IMG/VR virus record: IMGVR_UViG_3300042997_001465
Coordinates: 6,778-70,777 of that record
DNA: 64,000 nt
Direction: 5' to 3' (one strand)
Source: a virus
Taxonomy: Duplodnaviria; Caudoviricetes
Shown: in pieces, positions 55,315 through 63,906 of the stretch
Layout of the letters: each line of letters begins with the position of its first letter
How positions within the stretch are numbered: position 1 is the stretch's first letter
Translations under genes and position numbers: made by a program
The notes under the pieces: model-generated
The model's database searches: none
Told to the model about the DNA's origin: nothing
Seen by the model: the letters and a program-made list of their open reading frames with translations, nothing else

Positions 55315-58300
55315 TTACTTATTTTTACTCTTAAAACACTCTTGCATTGCAGGAGAATATTGCATTGTTGTATTTGTTCTACCAGATTTGCCGGTTTTTG
55401 GCCTATATGTTTTATACCCAACATCTGTTTTTTCTTTACTTTTCTTATCGATAGCGTATGTGAATACATTCATTCCAGTTACGTTTCTAGCATCCGCTAT
55501 TTGTTCAGGTGTTGGTTTTTTAATACCAGCATTGGATAATTTTGCAATAGCCTGTTTTTCATTAAATTCATACGTCAATGTAGCTTTTTCTTGAACACTA
55601 AAGTTTTGTAAGAATTCTCTAGATGAAGATACCCCAAAACAACTTTTCAGTACATCTCCATTCACTACCGTTCCACCCATATTAACATCTAAAGTTGAAA
55701 ATACCAAACTTCCAGGTTTTCCTGGTTCGTAGTTTCTCGTATCGCCATCCATCATTTTTAAATGGAATGAATCAACTACATCAATACCTTGTAAATATGT
55801 TCCAAGTCCCATCTTTTTACCTCTATAATTTACGGTTGTTTTATCCATTTCTCTAAATTGTTTAAAATGAGATTCAACAACTTTTTTACGTTGGAAAGAT
55901 AATACATTATTTACATCAATTCCACTTACAGGTTTTTTACTTTCTCTGATTGATTTGGAAACTAACATTTTTGAAACTTTAACAACAACTTTATTATACG
56001 CTTCACCACCACCGTCTGCCGCAACCGCTCTTATCATAAAATATTTATCTTGCAATTCGATAGTATCCGCATTCAACCCTGGTTTAGGATTTCCGTCTTT
56101 ATCTTTATATTTTGCTGGAAGATGCTTGATAGCTTCAGATTTTATACCTTTTTTACCAAATAATGCATCATCTATATTCTTTAATATTGTTGGCTCTGCC
56201 CCACTTTGAATGACATCAACTTGTTCTTTAAATGATGCTCCTTCTTTTTTATCACTCTTAATTAGATTCTGTGCAACTAGTGCAACTCCATCGTTATAAG
56301 TTGATTCAACTTCTTCTACATCTTTAGCATGTGCTAAAATAATTGATTTAATTCTTTTAGATTCTCTATCAGTAATTATTCCTCTAGCAACCATACCATC
56401 AACTTGTTCTAATTTTTTATCAATTTCCTTTTTAAGAGTTGAATTGTCTTGAATATCACCAGTTGAAGTTTTATCAGAATGGAATTGTAACATTAAGTTA
56501 CCCTTTTCATCGGTAACAAATGTTGCAGTATCAGATGGATTTGCTCCGCCGCCACCCATCATTACAAATGCAATAGCATCTTCTTTAGTAACCACATCAC
56601 CTTTTGGTGTTAAAATTCTTTTAGCGTTTTGTATAGCTTTAACTTGCGCATCCAATGATTCTTCTGCACCATAATAAGTTTCTAAATTTCTTTGTTTTCC
56701 AAATAATCCTTTTTCAGTTAAACCATTTGCTCTACTTATTGAATTATCATATTTTTTTCTAGCTGACCTTGCACATATTAATGCTTTAGATGCACACGGA
56801 ACTTTTTTCAAATCATTTGGCAAATCTTTAACAACCGTTTGTGTTACCGTTTGCTCTTTTCCTAATTTAGTTCCACAAAATTGCGATGTTATAATTCTTG
56901 TCAATTCTTCTTCAGATACATCAGGATTTTTTTGAAGTAATTTAGCTGCGGTACCGGAGATAATTTCATTAAATGCCGAACCTTCTGATCCAGGTGCTGG
57001 TTTTTTACCCGTTGCTTTTAGGTATCCCTTATATCCAAACTTTAATAAATTATTTTTTACATCATTATCAGCCGCTCCTTTTTCACCTACAACAACTCCT
57101 TTCTTATCACCAAATGAACTTGCTCTTATCAATTCTAATTCCTGTGGTGTTCTTTCTACTTTAGGTTTTTCGATTTTTGCAGTAGTTGGTTCTAATTCTT
57201 TTTCTTTAGTTTTTCTAAAGTCACCTGCTCCTAATTTTTTAGCCGGTGGCGTTGTGGGGGTATCTCCTTGTTTTGCTTTTAATTTTTTATCAACATCAAC
57301 GTGAGAACCACTACTTATTGCAGCTTGCTTTTTATCTTTACTACCAAAATATACTATCTTACCTTCTGGACCACCTTTTCTTGCTGCTAATTTCCAATCC
57401 CCACTCTGGGTAGATGCTTCAGCTACGATTTCAGCAATAATTTCTTTTATCAACGATTCTATTTTCATTTCGGTTTTTGGGTTTTGTTTTTCATTAAATG
57501 AATCTACCATTTTTTCCATCATCTCAGGATCCATATCAGCCGTTGCCATTTTTTCTGCAATCATATTAGCAAACTTTTCCATCATTTTATCCACATCTTG
57601 TTCTTCATCTCCAGCAAATAATGCAGCTTTACCAACACCACCTGCTATTAATTCACCAACGGTATGTGGTATAAATTCTATTGCAACGTGTTTAGCAAAT
57701 GCGGCTGCTCCATGTGCCATGCCACCAAATGCGGCTCCTGTCAATGCAGTAACTGCTATTTTAATACCCACTGCTTTTAATGCTTTTTTCTCATGCTCAC
57801 TTACCGGTTTGCCACTAAAGAAATTCTTAGCTCCAATTCCAGCAGCTTTGAATTCTTCCACTTCGTGCTTAGCTCCTTTTTTAATAGCTTCCCATGCACC
57901 TAATCCTTTATCTTTAATCGCCTGTCCCCAACTTCTTCTTTCAGGAGAATTTCCCTTATGTACTTTCTCTTTAAAAAATGATTTGTTTTCTTCCGCCCAA
58001 TCTTTTGTTTTATTTTTTATATTAACAACAGCCTCTTTAGCTTGACGACTTAACCCCTTTTTAGCCGAGGTTGGTTGTTCGGGTTCTGATTTTTGTGCAT
58101 CTGCTCCAGTTTGTTTACCACTCTTAGCTGCAACACCGAATTCGTTTGCAAAGGTATTTGATGTTTCAATCGCATCATCAATTGGTTGGTCGATAATCAT
58201 TGTTTTTAATGGTAATGGATTATCAGGATGTTCCATATTATATGCCGTAATTGCTGCCCATCTATGGTGACCATCAACTACATATCCATCGTTACTTACA

Positions 58301-61300
58301 TAAAGTGGTGCAGTCATTTTCTTATATGCCGGATGTGAAGGTCCTGCATCTAATACTGATTTCATTCCTAATACTTTATCACCAACTAACTCACTTTGCG
58401 TTGCTTTTAATGATTCGGATGGAACGGATGCATCGGTTACTTTAATTCCTTTATCCGCCAACATTTGTCTGAAGTATGGTTGACCATTTGCTTCAGTTTC
58501 ATTTGGGTCTGTTTCTTTTGCTTTTTGTAATACATCCCACGCTTGCGAACCTTCAACCGGTTCACCTGTAAATTGTGGCATCTTTGCTCTAGGAATTCCT
58601 TTATTACCAGAACAAAATAAGTTTGAATTTGGTAATGATACTTTACATAAATTATATGTTGGTTGTTGATTCTTTTTTACTTCCTTATCATATGCTGATT
58701 TTTCTTCTCCTTTCAATCCTTTAACCTGCTCCTCACTATATCCCATCTTTTCTCTAGCAATACCTTCAGCTTTTTTCTTATCTTGTTTAAATTCATCATA
58801 GTACTTATTCATTTCAGTACTCTTTTGCTTTAAGAATTCAGGATTTATATTTTGTAACGATGGTTCAGTTTTAATTGTTGTTCCGGCTATTTTACCATCT
58901 TTCTCAACACCTTTTTCATTTGTAGGTGGTGGAGTTTCTATTGGGGTGAACTTACCAGGAACATCAGTGCCATCAGTCTTTTTAGCTGCAGGTTGTTCAG
59001 CCGGCGTTTCAGTTGATGAAGTTGGTTGTTGTGATGGTTCTTCTTTTGAAGATGCAGCTGCTGCTTTTGCTCTTTGAGTTGCCTTTTTAACTGCTCTTGG
59101 AGGAAGTTCTTGTACAGTTATCTTTTCACCATTTTGTAAAGTACCTGTAATTGATTTTTCAAATAGGGCAAAAACATCTTCATTTAAAGAATTATCAAAT
59201 GCCATTTCAAGCACCGATTCAGTTCTTACATATTTTGCAGGTCCATTTGGTTTATCGGAATAATAACCCCCACCAACGGAATACAATGAACCACCACTAT
59301 CAGTTTTAGCTTCTTTACCGGGCTTCTCTTTCTTTATATCATCCTTAGTTGCCTTTGGAGTTTCATCATCTTTAGTTGGTTCGTCTTTAGCGGGTTCTTT
59401 CGGCTTTACATCTGCTGCTTTAGTATCAGCTGGTTGTTGTTCAGGCTTATCTTCCGGTTTAGTATCGGTTGGTTTAACTGGTTCTTCTTTTGGCTTATCT
59501 TCCGGCTTAGTATCAGTTGGTTGTTGTTCAGGTTTTTGTTGTGATTGCATTCTCTGTCTTCTCATATCAACATGCGAATTACCAACGGGTGCAATTACTG
59601 TATATCCTTTATCTTCAGCTTCTTTAACTTTTCTATCTAATTCTTTTTGACGGAAACCATTATACGCCTCTTGACCTTTCATAATTTCGTTATCACCCAT
59701 CTTACCTTCATCATTATAATTTAATTCATAAAGGTCTTTCTTTTCGCCATCAGTTAAATTATTAAAATCAGTTTTATCAGTTATATTAGTTGCTCCAGCT
59801 TTTTTAGCTTGGTCTATAATCCATTGCTTACCTTCATCATCCAAATATTCATTTGGATTCATAATATCATTTTGCCCAGCCATATTAGCCCATACAGACG
59901 CTCTAGCTTTGGCTGGACTACCTAACTCCTTTTCTATTTCTTTGAATACAGGAGAACTATCATTAGTTACATCTGCATTCTCATCCCAACTACTTTCTTC
60001 TACATTATCAAAATGTCCTTTTACGCCATCTCTAATTTCAGCTTGCTCTCCACCAAATTCAAACTTACCATCCTTATCTTTAGTCATACCACCTTCCCCA
60101 ACAAACATTACTTTTGTTCCTTTAGGTAGTTTTTGTATTTGCTCAATAGTTTGCTTTGTACTTTCAAGTTCATCACCATGCTCAACACCAATAATCAATG
60201 AACCGTTTGGAGTTGTATCAATATCCAATTTTTCACCATCTGCAGTTTTTCTTTTACTTAATCGAGATGCTGCTTTTGTAGTTTGTTCTTTGGTTTTTGC
60301 TTTTTCTGCGTTTTGTTTGAATTTTTTTCTTATATCCTTTGTATTGTTTACCTGTGCTACTAACTCAGGATCTGGCTTATCCCAATCAATCCCCATATTA
60401 TTAAATAGGGAAGGGAAATCATCTCTTAATTTTTTTAATAATTCAATATCATCTAAATCTTGCTCAGCTTTATCTAAAATAGCATATGTAGCAGCTGTTG
60501 TTTTATCTATTTTTGTTTCTTCGGGCTTATCACCTAATGCAGCTGGTGGTTCTTCTCCATCTTTAGGTTCTTCTGCATCGGTTGGTGGAGTTGTATCAGG
60601 CTTAGATGGTTCGTTTGCTGGTGGTTCTGCATTAGGCCCTGCTTCAGGTCCTGTTGGTTCTTCACCTCCCCATTTTGCAGAAGTTCTTTCACCACCATCA
60701 CTATCTGGATATGGAATATCGGCTTCGTATGGTTCACCATATTTTTCCTCATATGCCGCTTTTCTTTTTTGAAAATCAACACTCATTGAGTTAGCTATCT
60801 GTTTATCTCCAGCACTTTTAGCCCCTCTCATTTCCTTCTCTATCTTATGTTGTTGATATTCAATTCTAGCTTTATCAAAAGTTTTAGCATCACCACTTTT
60901 TTGAGCTAGATGCATTTTTTGTTCAGCTTCATATTTTGCCTTATCCAATTGGTCATCACTCATTGCATGTAGTGAATCATCATATCCGTTTTTATTTGCT
61001 TCTTCCTTGTCCTTTGCTACTTTATCAGCCTTATTTTTCCAATCTTCAGGACTTCCAGGAGTTGGTGCTTTTTCAGCTTCACTATCTTCTTTATCTTTTT
61101 GTGCTAATTTATCATTTGCAGCTTTCTCTCTATCCATTCTTGCTCCCATAGCAGGGTCTGCTTTTGGGTCAAACATTGCTGCAGCTGCTTTTGCTTTTTC
61201 TTCCTCACCAGCTCCTTTCTCTTTTTCACCTTCTTTACCCTTCTCGTCCTCTTTACCTTTTTCTTTATCACCACCGGTACTCTTACCATCTTTTTCACTT

Positions 61301-61665
61301 CCCAAATCTTGCATTGCCGAATCTCTTTCTGGAGAACCCTCAGGTGGCATTAACTTTTCAGCTGCCTTTCTACCTTCTGAATCTTTTGGTAATCTTAATA
61401 GGTTACCTACTATTCCTTTCTTTTGAGTACCATCTGCTGCTTTATATGGAATTTCTTTATTAAGGATTGGATTTGTAAAGTTCTTATCAGCTTCTGTAAT
61501 GTTTTCAAATAATTCTGCTTTGATGTCAGATAACCCCATTTCGGAAAGCACACTTGATAATTCAGCTAAATGCTTTTCATTTTTTGGGTTAGGTTGCCCA
61601 TCATCCACTCTATAAGCCCATTCGCTTAGTATCTCATTAATTAATTCAGATAAATTCATATTCAT
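55315..61665 (-). CDS. giant 2116-aa multidomain protein, putative virion-internal/ejected effector
   Basis: Uninterrupted ORF; TraB/Tiki-like, ParB-like (DGHHRW), hydrophobic hairpin and PD-(D/E)XK-like segments joined by P/E/K/D-rich linkers. Confidence 0.75.
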   Translation of the reverse strand: MNMNLSELINEILSEWAYRVDDGQPNPKNEKHLAELSSVLSEMGLSDIKAELFENITEADKNFTNPILNKEIPYKAADGTQKKGIVGNLLRLPKDSEGRKAAEKLMPPEGSPERDSAMQDLGSEKDGKSTGGDKEKGKEDEKGKEGEKEKGAGEEEKAKAAAAMFDPKADPAMGARMDREKAANDKLAQKDKEDSEAEKAPTPGSPEDWKNKADKVAKDKEEANKNGYDDSLHAMSDDQLDKAKYEAEQKMHLAQKSGDAKTFDKARIEYQQHKIEKEMRGAKSAGDKQIANSMSVDFQKRKAAYEEKYGEPYEADIPYPDSDGGERTSAKWGGEEPTGPEAGPNAEPPANEPSKPDTTPPTDAEEPKDGEEPPAALGDKPEETKIDKTTAATYAILDKAEQDLDDIELLKKLRDDFPSLFNNMGIDWDKPDPELVAQVNNTKDIRKKFKQNAEKAKTKEQTTKAASRLSKRKTADGEKLDIDTTPNGSLIIGVEHGDELESTKQTIEQIQKLPKGTKVMFVGEGGMTKDKDGKFEFGGEQAEIRDGVKGHFDNVEESSWDENADVTNDSSPVFKEIEKELGSPAKARASVWANMAGQNDIMNPNEYLDDEGKQWIIDQAKKAGATNITDKTDFNNLTDGEKKDLYELNYNDEGKMGDNEIMKGQEAYNGFRQKELDRKVKEAEDKGYTVIAPVGNSHVDMRRQRMQSQQKPEQQPTDTKPEDKPKEEPVKPTDTKPEDKPEQQPADTKAADVKPKEPAKDEPTKDDETPKATKDDIKKEKPGKEAKTDSGGSLYSVGGGYYSDKPNGPAKYVRTESVLEMAFDNSLNEDVFALFEKSITGTLQNGEKITVQELPPRAVKKATQRAKAAAASSKEEPSQQPTSSTETPAEQPAAKKTDGTDVPGKFTPIETPPPTNEKGVEKDGKIAGTTIKTEPSLQNINPEFLKQKSTEMNKYYDEFKQDKKKAEGIAREKMGYSEEQVKGLKGEEKSAYDKEVKKNQQPTYNLCKVSLPNSNLFCSGNKGIPRAKMPQFTGEPVEGSQAWDVLQKAKETDPNETEANGQPYFRQMLADKGIKVTDASVPSESLKATQSELVGDKVLGMKSVLDAGPSHPAYKKMTAPLYVSNDGYVVDGHHRWAAITAYNMEHPDNPLPLKTMIIDQPIDDAIETSNTFANEFGVAAKSGKQTGADAQKSEPEQPTSAKKGLSRQAKEAVVNIKNKTKDWAEENKSFFKEKVHKGNSPERRSWGQAIKDKGLGAWEAIKKGAKHEVEEFKAAGIGAKNFFSGKPVSEHEKKALKAVGIKIAVTALTGAAFGGMAHGAAAFAKHVAIEFIPHTVGELIAGGVGKAALFAGDEEQDVDKMMEKFANMIAEKMATADMDPEMMEKMVDSFNEKQNPKTEMKIESLIKEIIAEIVAEASTQSGDWKLAARKGGPEGKIVYFGSKDKKQAAISSGSHVDVDKKLKAKQGDTPTTPPAKKLGAGDFRKTKEKELEPTTAKIEKPKVERTPQELELIRASSFGDKKGVVVGEKGAADNDVKNNLLKFGYKGYLKATGKKPAPGSEGSAFNEIISGTAAKLLQKNPDVSEEELTRIITSQFCGTKLGKEQTVTQTVVKDLPNDLKKVPCASKALICARSARKKYDNSISRANGLTEKGLFGKQRNLETYYGAEESLDAQVKAIQNAKRILTPKGDVVTKEDAIAFVMMGGGGANPSDTATFVTDEKGNLMLQFHSDKTSTGDIQDNSTLKKEIDKKLEQVDGMVARGIITDRESKRIKSIILAHAKDVEEVESTYNDGVALVAQNLIKSDKKEGASFKEQVDVIQSGAEPTILKNIDDALFGKKGIKSEAIKHLPAKYKDKDGNPKPGLNADTIELQDKYFMIRAVAADGGGEAYNKVVVKVSKMLVSKSIRESKKPVSGIDVNNVLSFQRKKVVESHFKQFREMDKTTVNYRGKKMGLGTYLQGIDVVDSFHLKMMDGDTRNYEPGKPGSLVFSTLDVNMGGTVVNGDVLKSCFGVSSSREFLQNFSVQEKATLTYEFNEKQAIAKLSNAGIKKPTPEQIADARNVTGMNVFTYAIDKKSKEKTDVGYKTYRPKTGKSGRTNTTMQYSPAMQECFKSKNK

Positions 61666-62267
61666 TAAAATTTGTGGTCTTTTGCTTCACATACCATTTC
61701 CAATTCTTCCCAAGAAAATTTAGGTTTTTCATTTAGAAATACATAACACTTCCATTTCTTTTGTTTTTCAAAATAGATATGTTTTTGTAAGTGGGATGGA
61801 ATTGCTGCTCCAGTTGCTACCTTTTTTACAGGTTTATCAAAGAATGTTTTTATTAATACTGTAATATTTTCAGTATCATCCCATTTACGAATTTCTTCTT
61901 CTAACATTCTCCATTCACCTCTATTAAGATATTTGTCCTGCATTATACAATTTAGATAAGAAAACGTTTGTTTTAAATTTACCATATTATCAGAAAACGT
62001 TGCAGCTGGTGCACCATGTCCTTTATCGTATATGTTTGCTTTATAATCATCCGCATCTGATGTTTTGATATTTGGTTCTTTGTAAAAATCCATAGCTCCT
62101 CTATTCACATTTGTAGGACGGTTAGTCGAACGGTATTTAATAATTAAGGGTTGTTCTAATGATTGTGAATAAAGTACATCAAACACTTCATTCTTTATTC
62201 TTACATTTTGTCCAAAAGAAATCAGAGAAACGATTAAAAAACTAAAAAGGATAACGATTTTCTTCAT
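61665..62267 (-). CDS. DNA/RNA non-specific endonuclease (NucA/EndoG family) with signal peptide
   Basis: Likely start MKKIVILFSFLIVSLISFGQN at 62267; DKGHGAPAA, TF.Y.N..MQ...LNRG.W..LE. Confidence 0.88.
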   Translation of the reverse strand: MKKIVILFSFLIVSLISFGQNVRIKNEVFDVLYSQSLEQPLIIKYRSTNRPTNVNRGAMDFYKEPNIKTSDADDYKANIYDKGHGAPAATFSDNMVNLKQTFSYLNCIMQDKYLNRGEWRMLEEEIRKWDDTENITVLIKTFFDKPVKKVATGAAIPSHLQKHIYFEKQKKWKCYVFLNEKPKFSWEELEMVCEAKDHKF

Positions 62268-62305
62268 ATTATAGCATATTTTTGTATATACTATAAATAT
62301 CGTAT

Positions 62306-63589
62306 CTATAACTTTCCGTAATCCAAACCCCAATTTGCTTTAATAGGAAACCCACCATCCTCAATGATTTCTTTCAATCCTCTAATCAATTCTTTATCAA
62401 CATCAGTAGGAACATCAAAAAGAAACGAATCATATGTATATAAACAAAATCGAATTTCACTTCCCCCAATCCAATCCAATATCCTTCTCATCTTATCCAC
62501 ATTCATTTCAGTTTCTACCGCTTGAAGTAGATAGTTGAATACTTTTTGTGGGTTAGGTTGTTCAATCCAGCTCAACGGAATCTCTCTATGTGGTGTTTGT
62601 AAGTAACCTCGCTTTTGTGTTTCAATCCATAATCCATCAATATAATCAGCCACAGCATTTAAGTAAGGTATCTGTCTAAAATCATCATCAATGCCACCAT
62701 ACAATAAACGAAACGTAATTCCCTTTCCTTCACTCACATCACATCCATATTGTTCTGCCAACCATTCGTGCACATTACCTTCCGGCATATCGAACTTAAT
62801 CAATTTACCAATTAGACGGGGGTGATATGCGTTATAATCCATTTGTAGGAATATCCCATCCGCTACAAACACATCTCTACTACCATCGGTTTTGTTTAGG
62901 GCGGCATAGTTCACACCACCATGTCTATTGGATGGTCTACCTGTCACCGTAAATGGATTGTATTCGGTGTGTACTACGTTATCGGTTGAAAGTTGTTTTT
63001 GGACTTGTGGCCATCTATCAATAAATTTTTCTCTATCGACACGAATTCCGAATTGTTCAATATCTGAAAGGGTAGGTATGAATATATCATTGTACCAATT
63101 ATAAGTTTTAGATTTTTGATTTGTGTGTTTTAATAATTCGGGTTCAATTGCTTCACACAATTTAAGAATAGGTATAGATTGAATGATATCTTCTTTGTAA
63201 CCTTTGTGTAAAAGAGGATTTATCAAATGTTGTATTGGACGGGAATAATCTATTGTTTCTCCAGTTTTTAAGAAGTACGCAGTATCAACATCATTCAACC
63301 CTTCTTTTGGATTTTCAAATGATTGTAATAGTTTTTTCTTTTGGAATACCCATTTTTCTCCGGTAGTATTTAAGATACCCTCTATAAGTGATTTAGAGAG
63401 TGATAGGGAGTCTGTGTGTTTATGGGATAGAATGTACTTGTCCGTATGGGTTCGTACCAATATAAAGGATATATGTGTGTTTTGTGGGTGTTTTTCATTA
63501 TCTACCCACATTGGATACCAAATGGATACTTCCGTTTCAAGTTTTTCTCTCAATTCGATTAGTTCCGTATCATTTTCTACAAATATCAT
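62306..63589 (-). CDS. miniature family A DNA polymerase-like protein with degenerate exonuclease domain
   Basis: TGRPS, MDYNAYHPRL (motif A), KGITFRLLYG (B), LLQAVE, YDSF (C). Confidence 0.8.
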   Translation of the reverse strand: MIFVENDTELIELREKLETEVSIWYPMWVDNEKHPQNTHISFILVRTHTDKYILSHKHTDSLSLSKSLIEGILNTTGEKWVFQKKKLLQSFENPKEGLNDVDTAYFLKTGETIDYSRPIQHLINPLLHKGYKEDIIQSIPILKLCEAIEPELLKHTNQKSKTYNWYNDIFIPTLSDIEQFGIRVDREKFIDRWPQVQKQLSTDNVVHTEYNPFTVTGRPSNRHGGVNYAALNKTDGSRDVFVADGIFLQMDYNAYHPRLIGKLIKFDMPEGNVHEWLAEQYGCDVSEGKGITFRLLYGGIDDDFRQIPYLNAVADYIDGLWIETQKRGYLQTPHREIPLSWIEQPNPQKVFNYLLQAVETEMNVDKMRRILDWIGGSEIRFCLYTYDSFLFDVPTDVDKELIRGLKEIIEDGGFPIKANWGLDYGKL

Positions 63590-63834
63590 TTATTTTTATT
63601 TTGTGCTGCTTTTGCTTTTTCTAATATCGATAATGATTTTTCCAACTTAGCTTCCGTTTGTTGTTTTTTTAAAATTTTCTCGTAGCCAGTTGGATATTTG
63701 TTCGTTACTTCAATTGGTCCATTTGGAAATTTCTTTAAATCATATTTCCACACCGATTCAAACCCATCATCATCTTTATAGACGTGTTCAAATTTTGTAG
63801 GTTTATCTATTGGTTTATCAGGCCACCTTCCCAT
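63586..63834 (-). CDS. hypothetical protein
   Basis: 82-aa ORF downstream of promoter 63856-63887; ATGA overlap with next gene. Confidence 0.7.
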   Translation of the reverse strand: MGRWPDKPIDKPTKFEHVYKDDDGFESVWKYDLKKFPNGPIEVTNKYPTGYEKILKKQQTEAKLEKSLSILEKAKAAQNKNK

Positions 63835-63855
63835 ATCATTAAGATTTGATTTGTG

Positions 63856-63887
63856 TAAAGATACAAAAAAAACCCCAAACTACCAAA
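63856..63887 (-). promoter_or_regulatory. Bacteroidota-type sigma70 promoter overlapping the tmRNA terminator
   Basis: TTTG, 20-nt spacer, TATCTTTA. Confidence 0.65.
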
Positions 63888-63906
63888 TTAATGTAGAATG
63901 GGATTT
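63865..63906 (-). terminator. intrinsic terminator after tmRNA
   Basis: AAAUCCCAUUCUAC/GUAGUUUGGGGUUU imperfect stem ending in U8. Confidence 0.6.

Noticed and set aside
25659-62333. Longest-ORF starts given by the track (e.g. 26411, 27471, 33941, 43367, 54874, 62333; also 2979 and 4027 further left)
   Set aside because: These extensions overlap upstream genes or promoter motifs; downstream ATGs with A-rich leaders or stop/start coupling are more plausible.
330-63650. Plus-strand ORFs in the track (poly-Val, VPDVP-repeat, F/S/L-rich)
   Set aside because: They are antisense to well-supported minus-strand genes and mirror their low-complexity codons; no promoters or leaders point in that direction.
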